From Sedimentisphaerales bacterium (GTDB lineage Bacteria > Planctomycetota > Phycisphaerae > Sedimentisphaerales > SM23-30), in assembly GCA_963666285.1 (NCBI GenBank), contig OY762711.1: a stretch of DNA of 64,000 bases. One strand, written 5' to 3'. The notes below the pieces were generated by a model. The model was not told the DNA's origin and ran no database searches. It was given only the letters and a program-made list of their open reading frames with translations. Shown piece after piece: positions 30,712 to 41,189 of the stretch (positions within the stretch are counted from its first letter, which is position 1; each line of letters begins with the position of its first letter). The position numbers and the translations under genes are program-made.

Positions 30712-30882
30712 TATTTCCGTGTCAGTCCATTATATTTTGGTAGCCCACGGTTTCAACCTATGCCCAGCAGAACCTGTGGCTTCAAAAAATCGAAGCTTTA
30801 TGCATAAACAAAATGAACGAAACAGAACTATTCATATCCATAGCTGATACAAAATCAATATGGAAACTGCAAACCAAATATG

Positions 30883-30935
30883 GTTGAAATTTTTCCAACT
30901 TTTTAGTTGAAATTTTTCCAACCGTGTGTTATATT
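30883..30935 (+). promoter_or_regulatory. Promoter with two identical palindromic operators
   Basis: GTTGAAATTTTTCCAAC at 30883-30899 and 30906-30922; TTGAAA(30907)-17 bp-TATATT(30930). Confidence 0.7.
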
Positions 30936-30971
30936 TTAATAGTAATAATACTATTACAGGAGTGTCTGGTA

Positions 30972-31283
30972 ATGGATTGCGAAAAGGTAAGAAATATTAT
31001 AAATACTGCCATATTGGACAGTTCCAGGGCATTAAGTGTGTTTAATAGCAAATTTTGCGACAATCCTAAAAAATACGAACATGAAGACGCAACCCTCGCA
31101 TCAGGCATGTGGACTCTGATCAGTCGCCTAATGGAATACAGAAAGCTGTGTTATAAGCAGGAAGTTTTCTCTTTGTGCGCTAATAACTGTGTTATCGAAG
31201 ATAACCTCGAAGCGATCGAGAAAGATTTAACCAAACTGATAAACTTACACAAAAGACTGTCTTATTGCATCCTGTTGAGATAA
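30972..31283 (+). CDS. Hypothetical 103-aa helical protein
   Basis: AGGAG RBS before ATG 30972; lies downstream of the promoter above and directly upstream of an XRE gene. Confidence 0.6.
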   Translation: MDCEKVRNIINTAILDSSRALSVFNSKFCDNPKKYEHEDATLASGMWTLISRLMEYRKLCYKQEVFSLCANNCVIEDNLEAIEKDLTKLINLHKRLSYCILLR

Positions 31284-31297
31284 AGGAAATTGTAATT

Positions 31298-31639
31298 ATG
31301 ATAACCCGTCAGCAAGCTAACTTGATGAAAGAAATTTCAAATGCTGTTGTTAATCTTATAACTAATAACGATATTCGACAGAAAACTATTTCTGAAATAA
31401 TCGGCAAAGACAAAGGCACCGTCTCTAAAATTTTCAAAGGCGAGTTCAACTTCTCGCTCGAAGACCTGCAGGAAATATCACTCCGCACCGAACTGCCGGT
31501 CCTGCCCATTGTGCTTTCATACTTCTGCGAAAAGGGCGACCTTATATCCAAAGACCAGAAAAATATTGAAGTCCTGAAAAACGTCGAACAATCTTTGACC
31601 TCGTCCCTGGAACAACTAAAAAAATTAAAGAAAAAATAA
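31298..31639 (+). CDS. XRE-family HTH protein
   Basis: IRQKTISEIIGKDKGTVSKIFKGEFNFSLEDLQEI HTH; AAGGA RBS before ATG 31298. Confidence 0.78.
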   Translation: MITRQQANLMKEISNAVVNLITNNDIRQKTISEIIGKDKGTVSKIFKGEFNFSLEDLQEISLRTELPVLPIVLSYFCEKGDLISKDQKNIEVLKNVEQSLTSSLEQLKKLKKK

Positions 31640-31661
31640 TTATCTTCATGGTAACATATTC

Positions 31662-31696
31662 AAAAAAAAGCACCAGCCATCACAGCCAGTGCTTTT
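31662..31696 (-). terminator. Intrinsic terminator, probably of the GH2 gene, possibly bidirectional
   Basis: Minus strand AAAAGCACTGGCTG-TGA-TGGCTGGTGCTTTT stem (with G-U pairs) followed by a T run. Confidence 0.6.
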
Positions 31697-31712
31697 GTAT
31701 TCAGTAATTGAT

Positions 31713-31822
31713 CAAGCCGTCACGCCAGCGAATTATTCCTGATGTCAACGTACATCAGGACACCTCAAACTCTTCACCCGCTTGCGACATGCGAAGCATA
31801 CTTAGTTCTTCACTCTTCACTC
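31713..31822. repeat. Composite intergenic repeat containing the 28-bp hairpin TTATTCCTGATGTCAACGTACATCAGGA
   Basis: Hairpin copies at 31733, 39926, 43172, 45066, 45238 and 48274 with shared flanking scaffold. Confidence 0.9.
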
Positions 31823-33615
31823 TTTTCTTTATACCATTCCTGCAATGTATAAAACGCCTGCTTCTTTATCCCGCGTTCGCTTATCAAACCTTTTCGGTTA
31901 TAATAATCCTGGATATACGGCAGCGGCCTACGCGGCGACATAAAATCCCGCAGGATCCACGGCGACACTCCTCGCAAAAACGATATATTCTTCAGCATCG
32001 GAATCTGACCCTTATAGACCCTGTCCTGAAACTCTTCAGTCCAGCGCACCCGCTCGCCGCCATGATATCCCTGCAGCGCACCACCGCCCAGCTCGCTCAT
32101 GATCAGCGGCTTATCATATGGCGTAACCCACTGCTTACCGAAATTATCGCCTTCATACCAGCCGATATACTCATTACAACCCAGCACATCCAGGTACTCT
32201 CCCAGCGGGTCCGCTATCTCGACATTATTGCCACGCGTATGCTTCTCCATCGCCGCCGTCACCAGCCTCGTCGGGTCCAGCTCCCTCGTATAATCCGCCA
32301 GGCTGCCCAGAAACTTCGTGCGAGGCTCCGATACCGGCGTCTCATTCGATACCGACCACAAAATTATCGACGCCTTATTCTTATCACGCGCCACCATCTC
32401 ATCCAGCATCTTCACCGCGTTATTGTACACTTCCTTATTCTCCCACTGGATCGTCCAGTACAGCGGTATCTCCGACCACACCAATATCCCCATCTCATCA
32501 GCCGTCCGTGTCATAAACTCATTATGCGGATAATGTGCCAGCCGAACAAAATTACAGTTCAGATCTTTCGCCCAGCCCAGCAGCACCTCGGCATCTTCCT
32601 TCAGATACGCACGGCCATGCCTCAACGGCGCCTCTTCATGAATACAGATTCCACGCAAAAAGACCGACTTACCGTTCAGCAGAATATCTGACCCCTTTAC
32701 CTCCAGGCTCCTGAACCCGATCTTATCCTCAATCGTATCTGTCCCGCACTTCACTACCACCTTATACAGCTTCGGACTGCCCGGCTCCCAAAGCTCCAGG
32801 TTCGCGTCAAAATTAAATTTCGCATAGCCCTTTTCATTTGTTGTAAACGATTTCGAAACTCCCGCCTCAGGTATCGATACCGTCACCTCCTGCTCCGCCT
32901 TCGCGCCGTCCAGCTGCACCCATCCGTCAATATTTTTCTGCGAGCCCTTCGCCAACTGGATCTTATAATCGCGAACAAACGTACCCGCTTCTTCGATCAG
33001 CAGCACCCGGCGAGTTATCCCGCCATAGTTCCACCAGTCACTCATCACCGTCGGTATCGCGTTATGCTGACGGGTATTATCAACCTTCAATACCAGCGTA
33101 TTATTCCCCTTCCTAACCTTATCTGTTATCTCAAAAACAAACGGCGTATATCCGCCCGTATGCACGCCCAGCTTACTGCCGTTCAAATACACCACCGCCT
33201 CATAGTTCACCGCACCGAAATAGACAAACAACCGCTTACCTTCAGCCAACTCATAGTCGAACTTCTTGCGATACCAGATATTTCCCTCATAGAAAAACAG
33301 CTTCTCCTTCTGACTGTTCCAGTCGCCCGGCACCTGCAGCGTCTCACTGTCATCAAAGCTGTACTCCACCATCTCATATTCATTCCTCGGCTTAGCATCC
33401 TTAAAGAAACCCCAGCTGTACTCCTTATATCGATAATCATAAAATCCGTTCTCGAACGGATCGACTATTATATTCCAGATTCCGTCCAGCTCGGTTATAT
33501 CTCGATTATCAACATTGGTTATCAATCCACCGGCATTAACCGCCGCAACCATAACTAATACAAACATCACTACTAACAAAAATGATCTCTTCACAATTTG
33601 GCCCTTTCTATTCAT
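31810..33615 (-). CDS. Glycoside hydrolase family 2, beta-glucuronidase-like, secreted
   Basis: VPGDWN, FGAVNY, GGYTPF, WWNYGGITR, NFVRLAHYPH, WSVSNE (acid/base), MSELG (nucleophile), NRKGL. Confidence 0.92.
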   Translation of the reverse strand: MNRKGQIVKRSFLLVVMFVLVMVAAVNAGGLITNVDNRDITELDGIWNIIVDPFENGFYDYRYKEYSWGFFKDAKPRNEYEMVEYSFDDSETLQVPGDWNSQKEKLFFYEGNIWYRKKFDYELAEGKRLFVYFGAVNYEAVVYLNGSKLGVHTGGYTPFVFEITDKVRKGNNTLVLKVDNTRQHNAIPTVMSDWWNYGGITRRVLLIEEAGTFVRDYKIQLAKGSQKNIDGWVQLDGAKAEQEVTVSIPEAGVSKSFTTNEKGYAKFNFDANLELWEPGSPKLYKVVVKCGTDTIEDKIGFRSLEVKGSDILLNGKSVFLRGICIHEEAPLRHGRAYLKEDAEVLLGWAKDLNCNFVRLAHYPHNEFMTRTADEMGILVWSEIPLYWTIQWENKEVYNNAVKMLDEMVARDKNKASIILWSVSNETPVSEPRTKFLGSLADYTRELDPTRLVTAAMEKHTRGNNVEIADPLGEYLDVLGCNEYIGWYEGDNFGKQWVTPYDKPLIMSELGGGALQGYHGGERVRWTEEFQDRVYKGQIPMLKNISFLRGVSPWILRDFMSPRRPLPYIQDYYNRKGLISERGIKKQAFYTLQEWYKEKSEE

Positions 33616-33963
33616 TGAGATTTTTCTTTACTTAACTATATACACTATCTTTTCACAAAGCCTGTATAACTTAAATTCAACTTTCATAATTCAGCTTGCC
33701 GCCTGCCCTGAGTTCATCAAAGGGCCGCGGCTTTCCTCCCCTGGCACCTGACACCTGTTCCCTTTTCTTATCTATATGACTTTTATTATCCCATTTTCCC
33801 ACCAAAAATCAAGATTTACCATAACACTCTACCAGACAACCAATTACCACAACAAAACCACCTCCCACACCAACATAAATCCATCGCACCCTCCATCCCA
33901 AACAACAAAATACCACACAGAATCACTCAACCTCTGCTAACCGCTAACTTAAAACCGTTCTCG

Positions 33964-34590
33964 TTATTTCCTTTTTTTCAATCCCTCTTCTGCCAGATAC
34001 TCTTGAAAAGAATCTTCCGTCATCGCTCGCACAGAACCATCACCATACAGCACAAAACGACTTATCATCGAATGCCACGGCTCTCTACCATACATGATCA
34101 GCTCCTTAGCCGGCATCTTTACCTCTAACTCTCCTCCTATATAAACATACGATATCCCTTCCCCATACTTATCCGCCGGACAATGCAGCAGCCCCATAAA
34201 ACCATCATCGTCTATATCAGACAATTGCTCCGGAAACTCTCCATCATGTTCGTTACCATACGCCTCTATATAACTATATATCCTTTTCAGATTATCCTTA
34301 CATTTATTCTTTTGCTGATATTCTCTATGCTGTTTTAATACCGGGATCATTAGAGTCGGAATAAATGACAAAATTATCAGACACGCTATCCCGCCGAACA
34401 TCTGATGAAACGGATCTTTCCTCTTCAACCCATACCAGAACCATTTAAAACTACCACAGACAACAAGAATACATATAACAAATGTAGGCATAAAGAAAAA
34501 CAGCAGCCCCAACAATACCCATAAAAATATCTTATATCCCGCCTTCTTATCCGGCTTATCATAATATTCTGTTTTATCAGCTTCTTCCAT
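33964..34590 (-). CDS. Hypothetical membrane protein with DUF1559-like C-terminal domain
   Basis: TM helices, then CKDNLKRI...Y...H.G.FP, CPAD, H...FVLYGDGSV. Confidence 0.65.
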   Translation of the reverse strand: MEEADKTEYYDKPDKKAGYKIFLWVLLGLLFFFMPTFVICILVVCGSFKWFWYGLKRKDPFHQMFGGIACLIILSFIPTLMIPVLKQHREYQQKNKCKDNLKRIYSYIEAYGNEHDGEFPEQLSDIDDDGFMGLLHCPADKYGEGISYVYIGGELEVKMPAKELIMYGREPWHSMISRFVLYGDGSVRAMTEDSFQEYLAEEGLKKRK

Positions 34591-34760
34591 CCAGACCTCT
34601 TTATCTTTTTCGCATCTTTCGTATCTTTTATGGCCATCTCTTTTAAAACTTCTTCCTCCTCACTCCTCTCTTCTCACTCTTCTTATCCGTGGTTCAACTC
34701 TTTTGTATTTTTTATAATTAATCAGACAAACCTTTACAATATATTGAGACTCAACAATTT

Positions 34761-34851
34761 CAAACACAGCCACTTTCGCGTCAGCATAAATCAAACGTGA
34801 GGCGTCAGCCGAACACCGCAACTCTTCACTCTTAGTTCTTCACTCTTCACT
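34761..34851. repeat. Composite intergenic repeat without hairpin inserts; near-identical copy at 51140-51230, related copy at ~50996-51096
   Basis: CAAACACAGC...CGTGAGGCGTCAGCCGAACACCGCAACTCTTCACTCTTAGTTCTTCACTCTTCACT. Confidence 0.88.
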
Positions 34852-34863
34852 CTTACAAGTTGT

Positions 34864-36378
34864 TCATCCTAAGAACAACTTGTAAGCCGGGTTATCCAGC
34901 TCCTGTACAAAACTATACTTACCATCCAGCATCCGAGCCTCAAACGTCGCACGCTTCGCAGCCGGTATCTGTATCCCGATCAATACATAAGCATATATAC
35001 CACCTGTCCGGCGATAATGCAAAATTGATATATTCCAGTCCGGCTCCAAAAGCGTCAGGAAATTCGACAACGCTCCCTCACACTCAGGAAATACCAGCCG
35101 ATACAATACCTCGTTCTCCACTCCCGCTATATGACCGCCCACCATATGACTCACATGCAGCTTCGCCAGCTCATTATCCGACAGATCGGTTATCGCAAAT
35201 CCGCCGCCTTTCAGATTCTTCATTAGTTTCGCCCGGTCATTCGTCAGGTCCTTAACCTGCACCTTCGCAAAAATCGTCGCCTTTACATCCGATTCATACC
35301 GATAGTTAAACTCCGTTATCTGATGCTTCGACAGCGCCTTGCAGAACCCCTTCAATATCCCCGGCCGATCTTCCGCTACCGCCGCCAGCACAATCTCCGA
35401 CCGCTCACCAATCTCAAACCGGTCAGAAATATATCGCAGCCGCTCGAAATTCATATTCGCGCCCGAAGAGATCGTCACCAGCGTCTTATTCTTTATCCGC
35501 TTACGCCTGACATAGTTCACCATCCCCGCAACCGACAGCGCACCCGACGGCTCAGAGATACTCCGAGTATTATCAAATACATCCTTCACCGCCGCACATA
35601 TCTCATCAGTCGTCGCTGTCACAACCTCATCGACCAGACCCTTTATTATCCGAAACGGCTCCTGACCTATCTGTGCGACCGCCACGCCATCGGCAAATAT
35701 ACCGACCTTCGGCAATACCACCCGGCTGCCCGCCTCCATCGCCGCCTTCAGACACGCCGACTCGTCCGCCTCGACCCCGATTATCTTGATCTCTGGCCTC
35801 AAATATTTAACATACGCCGTAATTCCAGCTATCAGCCCGCCGCCGCCCACCGGCACAAATATCGCATGGATCGGATCGGTATGCTGACGCAATATCTCCA
35901 TACCAATCGTCCCCTGGCCCGCGATCACATCCGGGTCATCGTATGGATGGATAAACACCTGACCGCTCTCAGCCGCCAGGTTCATCGCATACTCACAACT
36001 CTCATCGAATCGCTCGCCATACAATATCACCTTACTGCCACGACGCCTGACCGCATTTACCTTTATCTCCGGCGTTGTCCTCGGCATAACTATCGTCGAC
36101 TTGATCTTTAGCCTCTCGGCACTTATCGCTACTCCCTGGGCATGATTACCTGCAGACGCCGCTATCACCCCTCGCTGCTTCTCGCGAGTGCTCAGCCTCG
36201 AAATCTTATTATATGCGCCCCGCAGCTTAAACGAAAACACAGGCTGCAAATCTTCACGCTTGATCATCACCCGGTTACCCACCCGCTCACTCAACAGAGG
36301 CATATCATCCAGCGGAGTCTCCTCCGCGACATCATAAACCGACGCTTCCAATATCTTCTTTATATAATTATCGGACAT
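34864..36378 (-). CDS. ilvA: Threonine dehydratase, biosynthetic
   Basis: KREDLQPVFSFKLRGAYNK, ASAGNHAQGVA, GGGGL, FADGVAV, SGANMNF; two C-terminal regulatory domains. Confidence 0.96.
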   Translation of the reverse strand: MSDNYIKKILEASVYDVAEETPLDDMPLLSERVGNRVMIKREDLQPVFSFKLRGAYNKISRLSTREKQRGVIAASAGNHAQGVAISAERLKIKSTIVMPRTTPEIKVNAVRRRGSKVILYGERFDESCEYAMNLAAESGQVFIHPYDDPDVIAGQGTIGMEILRQHTDPIHAIFVPVGGGGLIAGITAYVKYLRPEIKIIGVEADESACLKAAMEAGSRVVLPKVGIFADGVAVAQIGQEPFRIIKGLVDEVVTATTDEICAAVKDVFDNTRSISEPSGALSVAGMVNYVRRKRIKNKTLVTISSGANMNFERLRYISDRFEIGERSEIVLAAVAEDRPGILKGFCKALSKHQITEFNYRYESDVKATIFAKVQVKDLTNDRAKLMKNLKGGGFAITDLSDNELAKLHVSHMVGGHIAGVENEVLYRLVFPECEGALSNFLTLLEPDWNISILHYRRTGGIYAYVLIGIQIPAAKRATFEARMLDGKYSFVQELDNPAYKLFLG

Positions 36379-36713
36379 ACTACTACTCTTATTAATATAG
36401 GTTGCCTATATAGTTATACTATTAACAAAAAATTGAGCACAGATAATTATATCATATCAGAAGCAGTTTCCCCATCTTTTTTCTACACAAACAGCATCAT
36501 ATTTAAGGTGACCGCTGGAAATTACTTTTGAGGCGATAGTTCTTATACCTTTTCTTCTATATTCCAACTGCTCACCGCCACCAACCTTTCACCCCCGCTT
36601 TAAACAAAATTGTGAGGCGAGCGGTACCTTCCCTCACCTTTTCCCTCTTCTTCCCTTTTACCTCATACCTCATACCTTTTACCTTTTACCTCTTCCCTCT
36701 TCCCTCTTACCTC

Positions 36714-39614
36714 TTACCTCTCCCTTCTCCCTTCTCCCTTCTCCCTTCTCACTCTTTCATCATACACCTTCTCGCCCGCCGCTATCGCATCGCGGTTTCG
36801 CCTCTCCTCCTCAGCACGCCGCTCGTACCATGCCAGCCTCATCTTATCATCATCGCATGGCACATGACCTGACATATCCGCCCGCGGCCTATCTGCCAGG
36901 TTACGTTTACCCTGAAGAATTATTACCAGCGCCTCATCATATTTCTCGCCCGACAATTTCGCCAGGCACCCGCTCAGCTCCGGCCGGTCATAATTAATCA
37001 GCGGCCCTTTATTACGATCATACCCGGCATAAGCAGAAAAATTATAACCCGTCAAAGCGCCCAGCCTGCCCAACTGATCATTATCCAACGGAGAGCGACC
37101 CGCCAGGTTGCCCGGATACGCACTACTATACTCACTATAATACGGCGCATTAATATCCAGCCATGTCACGATCCGTTCGTAATCCTCATCCGAAAGCTTA
37201 ACATCCTTATGCATTTCCTTCTTCAATGCCGCTACCAGTTTACTCTTATGCGAGCCCCATGAATACGCCTGCTGAATCGCTGCCGGGCCGGCACCAACCG
37301 CTCCGGTATAATTCTTCCGCCACAACTCGTTATACGATGTATTAAATGTATTAGTCTTATCACCCGATAGAATCAGACCGCCCTTTGCACCGCCCGGCGT
37401 GCCATAATCATGACATTTTATACATTTACCATCAAACACCGGCTGAACCTCACGCACATAGCTGAACGTCCTCGCGGCACCATACCAGCCTTCCAGCCTA
37501 CTAGGTTCTCGCTTCAAAGCCTTAGCCGTTTTATATTCCGCTACCGGCGGCGCCTTTACCCGACTCTCATGACATCCAACACAACCGCGAACCTCGCCCG
37601 GCTGGACAATTGCCCCGCTTCGCATACTCTGGACCATCTGCTTGTTCTCATCCAGCAGCTGAAAATATACAAACTTCTCAGCCGGAACCTCGAAATACAC
37701 CGAACCGTCTTCTTCTACCGGCACCGTTCCCAGTATCCGCTTATTATTGAAATCATGCCAGCCCATCGCCGGCCATTCCGTTCCCTGACCGCTCCATGCC
37801 GTCATCGTACGGGTTCGCTTCTCAGGCGACTCCACTACCCGCAGCCATTTCACATCGCCACGCTTCACACCCAACATATGCGTTCCCTCATAAACATTCG
37901 TCACATAAAACTCGCCCTCGCTCTTACCGCTCGCATAACTCCTCATCTCCACCGGCATAATCGGACGAGACCTGGGCGACAGCGGCATCGGGTCAAAACA
38001 ACCCGGCTCCTCGAAATACAGCTCAAACTCTTTACCATTCATATCCACCAGGAAAATACCCATCTGCTCGCCTTTGACCGTACGCGAACATAAGAAATAT
38101 TTATCATCCAGCGGATAAGGATCCTCATACTTCGGCATAACACGCTTAAACGTATCGTAGTTGCCAACCCCCACCAGCTCCCTCGCGCCCGCCGGCCATG
38201 TACGCACTACCGGCTCCTTACCATCCAGCCCTAGCCGCCGGTCAACCAGTGCTAGTGCCCCCCAGGGCCGGTCATGACAAGAACTGAACGTCGCTATTAT
38301 CTGCTGTGTGCCCGGCACCGCACGAGGGTCCAAAACGCCGCCCGGAGAATTCGTGTTATTCCCCCAATACACCGCATGGTTCGTTCCGTCCGGGTTAACC
38401 GTCCACAATCCCTGGGCATCGCCGAAGTTCCGATCGACATACTCCCAGCGATCGTAAACTATCCGACCGTCCGGCAGCAGCGAACTGTGACCCTCAAACA
38501 ATGTGCTCTTACCTATCTGGTGAATATTCTCGCCGTCCGGCCCCATCTTATACAGGTTACACATTATATGCCTGTTACACATGCAATACTTAGGTTCGCG
38601 CGACGAAGAAAATACAATCGTATCATCCGGCATATACAGCGGATCAATATCATCTACCTTCTCGGCAAATGTCAACTGCCGCAGGCCGGTTCCATCTGCG
38701 TTAATCTCATAGATATGATAACTGTCCGACAAACTGCGACGCATAGAAAAGATTATCTTGCTGCCGTCAAAATATACTTCCGGGTCACGAATCACACCTT
38801 CCTTTGCCTCCAGCAGCGTGCTAACCTTACCACTCGCAACATCCAGCTTCTTCAACGCTCCGCCCGGCTGAAATCTACCGTCATTATATTCATTATTATA
38901 ACTCGGAAAAAATGTAGCTGTGTTATGGTGGTCCGGCCTGTACTGATTGCGAGTCACAAATATCAGCGGATATTTTTTTACTATCGGATTCGATAATATC
39001 GCTTCTCGTTCGAGCCGGCCAGGCTCTCCCGCTCCGGCAACAATCTTGCCATGCGCCTGAAAATCATCCAGCGTTATATGGCCCCAACCACCGGTATGAC
39101 TGTCAACCACCCGCACAAACACTCGCTTACCCACCAGCTCCGGCATATCCCAGCGAACTGTTTCCATCTTCTCGATATTATTGCCATGAGCCGCCGCAAC
39201 TTCTTCCGCACTGCCATCATCATTCAGCACATATAACGCTACCTTAGTCTGCTGCGAGCTGCCGCCCCCGACCTTCAATGTTATCTCACCTTTATCCAAT
39301 TCCATAACCGGCGAGCCTATCACCCCGGTATATCCGTCCGACGGGCTATATTGCTCTGTCTCCAAAGTAGATACAAAATATTTACCCTGCTTATTATACT
39401 TCGCACCGCCATTGTGAAACGTGTCCCGGTCGCAAACCACCATCCCGAACCCGCCTTCGACAACCGACCAGCCCTGCAAATCGCCAGTCTCAAAATCATA
39501 TACTATCTCGCCGCTGACACCGCCGCACGACTCGGCCAGGCATCCACCTGACACAGCCAGGCACAATACCAGCACCTGCAACCCAAAGATCATTCTTTTA
39601 GAATTAGTTCTCAT
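36714..39614 (-). CDS. Exported hydrazine-synthase-alpha-like (HzsA-related) beta-propeller/cytochrome c protein
   Basis: Signal peptide, TolB-like propeller repeats, RWEYVDR, ILGTVPVEEDGSVYFEVPA..FQLLDEN..VQSMRS, two CxxCH motifs (CVGCH, CIKCH). Confidence 0.8.
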   Translation of the reverse strand: MRTNSKRMIFGLQVLVLCLAVSGGCLAESCGGVSGEIVYDFETGDLQGWSVVEGGFGMVVCDRDTFHNGGAKYNKQGKYFVSTLETEQYSPSDGYTGVIGSPVMELDKGEITLKVGGGSSQQTKVALYVLNDDGSAEEVAAAHGNNIEKMETVRWDMPELVGKRVFVRVVDSHTGGWGHITLDDFQAHGKIVAGAGEPGRLEREAILSNPIVKKYPLIFVTRNQYRPDHHNTATFFPSYNNEYNDGRFQPGGALKKLDVASGKVSTLLEAKEGVIRDPEVYFDGSKIIFSMRRSLSDSYHIYEINADGTGLRQLTFAEKVDDIDPLYMPDDTIVFSSSREPKYCMCNRHIMCNLYKMGPDGENIHQIGKSTLFEGHSSLLPDGRIVYDRWEYVDRNFGDAQGLWTVNPDGTNHAVYWGNNTNSPGGVLDPRAVPGTQQIIATFSSCHDRPWGALALVDRRLGLDGKEPVVRTWPAGARELVGVGNYDTFKRVMPKYEDPYPLDDKYFLCSRTVKGEQMGIFLVDMNGKEFELYFEEPGCFDPMPLSPRSRPIMPVEMRSYASGKSEGEFYVTNVYEGTHMLGVKRGDVKWLRVVESPEKRTRTMTAWSGQGTEWPAMGWHDFNNKRILGTVPVEEDGSVYFEVPAEKFVYFQLLDENKQMVQSMRSGAIVQPGEVRGCVGCHESRVKAPPVAEYKTAKALKREPSRLEGWYGAARTFSYVREVQPVFDGKCIKCHDYGTPGGAKGGLILSGDKTNTFNTSYNELWRKNYTGAVGAGPAAIQQAYSWGSHKSKLVAALKKEMHKDVKLSDEDYERIVTWLDINAPYYSEYSSAYPGNLAGRSPLDNDQLGRLGALTGYNFSAYAGYDRNKGPLINYDRPELSGCLAKLSGEKYDEALVIILQGKRNLADRPRADMSGHVPCDDDKMRLAWYERRAEEERRNRDAIAAGEKVYDERVRREKGEGRRER

Positions 39615-40010
39615 GAATACATAATATCATACCTCACACTAATATTAAACCACAAAAATCTCGACATTATTGCTGCACTTACTTACTCAAAGTAACCGAT
39701 TTTATACTTCTTATCGCTATAACATTTTCGATACATTCTGTTATATTAAAATTTAAATAGTTTGACGCCGCCCTGAGTTCACCGAAGAGCCGCTGCTCTT
39801 CCCTCCTTCATCCACTTCTCTCTTCTCGCTTCTTTCTTCTAACTCTTCTCATCCTTCAGGTGCCGCAATTTTGAAATAAACTTCCATACGCGTCAGCTTT
39901 AAAACAAGCCGTGAGCGACAGCGAATTATTCCTGATGTCAACGTACATCGGGACACCTCCTTTACACTTTTTATTTTACCCTTTACACTTTTACGCCGCC
40001 CCGCGGCATC

Positions 40011-41189
40011 TCACGGCACTACCACCACTTCAGTTCCTTCCAGCCAATATTCGGCTATCACCGCCAGGTCCAGCAGATCAACTTTATTATCACAATTTAT
40101 ATCGCCAGGCACCAGCGAACAGCCATCACACCCATTAGCTACCATATCACTATCGGCATCACCATTAACATTAGATATCGTCAGGTCACCTTTCAGCCTG
40201 CTATTAGAATCTTGATTTCTACCACCCACTATAAACCCAAAATAATAGCCATGATATATCTGTATCGAAGCTGAACCAGTAAAACTGAAAAAGGAATACG
40301 TCTTTACATAGTCCACAAGAGTTATTGTCTCGGTACCATCTGGCCCGTCCGCAAATATCTTAAAATCGGCATACGCATTATAAAACGAGTGAAAGCCGCT
40401 AAAGTCATAATCAAAACTAAACGTTCCATCTCCAAACGCCTTAGCCTTAAACGCCGCCGTGCGATAGCTTACTCCGATGTTACTGCCCAAATCAACATCA
40501 TACGAAAACACAGCTGTCCCAGCCTCGCCATTCTCAGGCGTTATCCACGTACTGCCACCAATGATCGAACCATTCTCCCACATATCAATTGCATACGCAT
40601 CCGAAAACCCCGCAGCACACTCATCTGCTGGCAATATGGCTTTAACAACACGGGCATATACATTATCTTCGTTATAATCTATCCCAACACCATTCGAAAT
40701 ACCATTATCAAAAGGGTCCAGATCAAATATCCCGTTATTTCCGGTCGCCTCCGGCCACCCCGACTCCAGCGTCAAATGCAGCGAGTCATTAATATACAGG
40801 TTATTATACATACCCGGCCCATGAATATCCTTCCAACTGAATACCCAGCCCGGATCATCGTTAACCTTATGACCGCTCCCGCTCAAATCGATCAGCCAGA
40901 CTATTCCGTCTGTTCTGCTCCCATCTCGAGCTACAGAAATCTCAGCACTCGGATCATTCCCCCACACCGCATACGCTGTACGAGTGCCATCATACATCAT
41001 ATCCTCATATATAGAAAATGCAACATTCGCTGCATTACCAACCGAAGCACAAATAAAAGTCAAAACCAAAACCAAACCGGCAAACTTAAACCTATCTCTA
41101 ACTATCATAAGAGTTCCTTTCAAGACTTTCCAGCCCTTTATCATCAATAAAATATCTTCGGTACCACATTTATGCCGATCAAAGCACAC
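40011..41189 (-). CDS. Exported hypothetical protein with dockerin-like C-terminus
   Basis: Signal-like segment (true start may be ATG 41108); C-terminal GDINCDNKVDLLDLAVIAEYWLE. Confidence 0.7.
   Translation of the reverse strand: MCFDRHKCGTEDILLMIKGWKVLKGTLMIVRDRFKFAGLVLVLTFICASVGNAANVAFSIYEDMMYDGTRTAYAVWGNDPSAEISVARDGSRTDGIVWLIDLSGSGHKVNDDPGWVFSWKDIHGPGMYNNLYINDSLHLTLESGWPEATGNNGIFDLDPFDNGISNGVGIDYNEDNVYARVVKAILPADECAAGFSDAYAIDMWENGSIIGGSTWITPENGEAGTAVFSYDVDLGSNIGVSYRTAAFKAKAFGDGTFSFDYDFSGFHSFYNAYADFKIFADGPDGTETITLVDYVKTYSFFSFTGSASIQIYHGYYFGFIVGGRNQDSNSRLKGDLTISNVNGDADSDMVANGCDGCSLVPGDINCDNKVDLLDLAVIAEYWLEGTEVVVVP

Noticed and set aside
24979..31639. Complete prophage
   Set aside because: No integrase, att pair, portal, capsid, tail or lysis genes recognisable; only a regulatory and packaging module
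36714..39614. Evidence for anammox metabolism
   Set aside because: HzsA-like domains are widespread in non-anammox planctomycetes; no other hzs genes are adjacent
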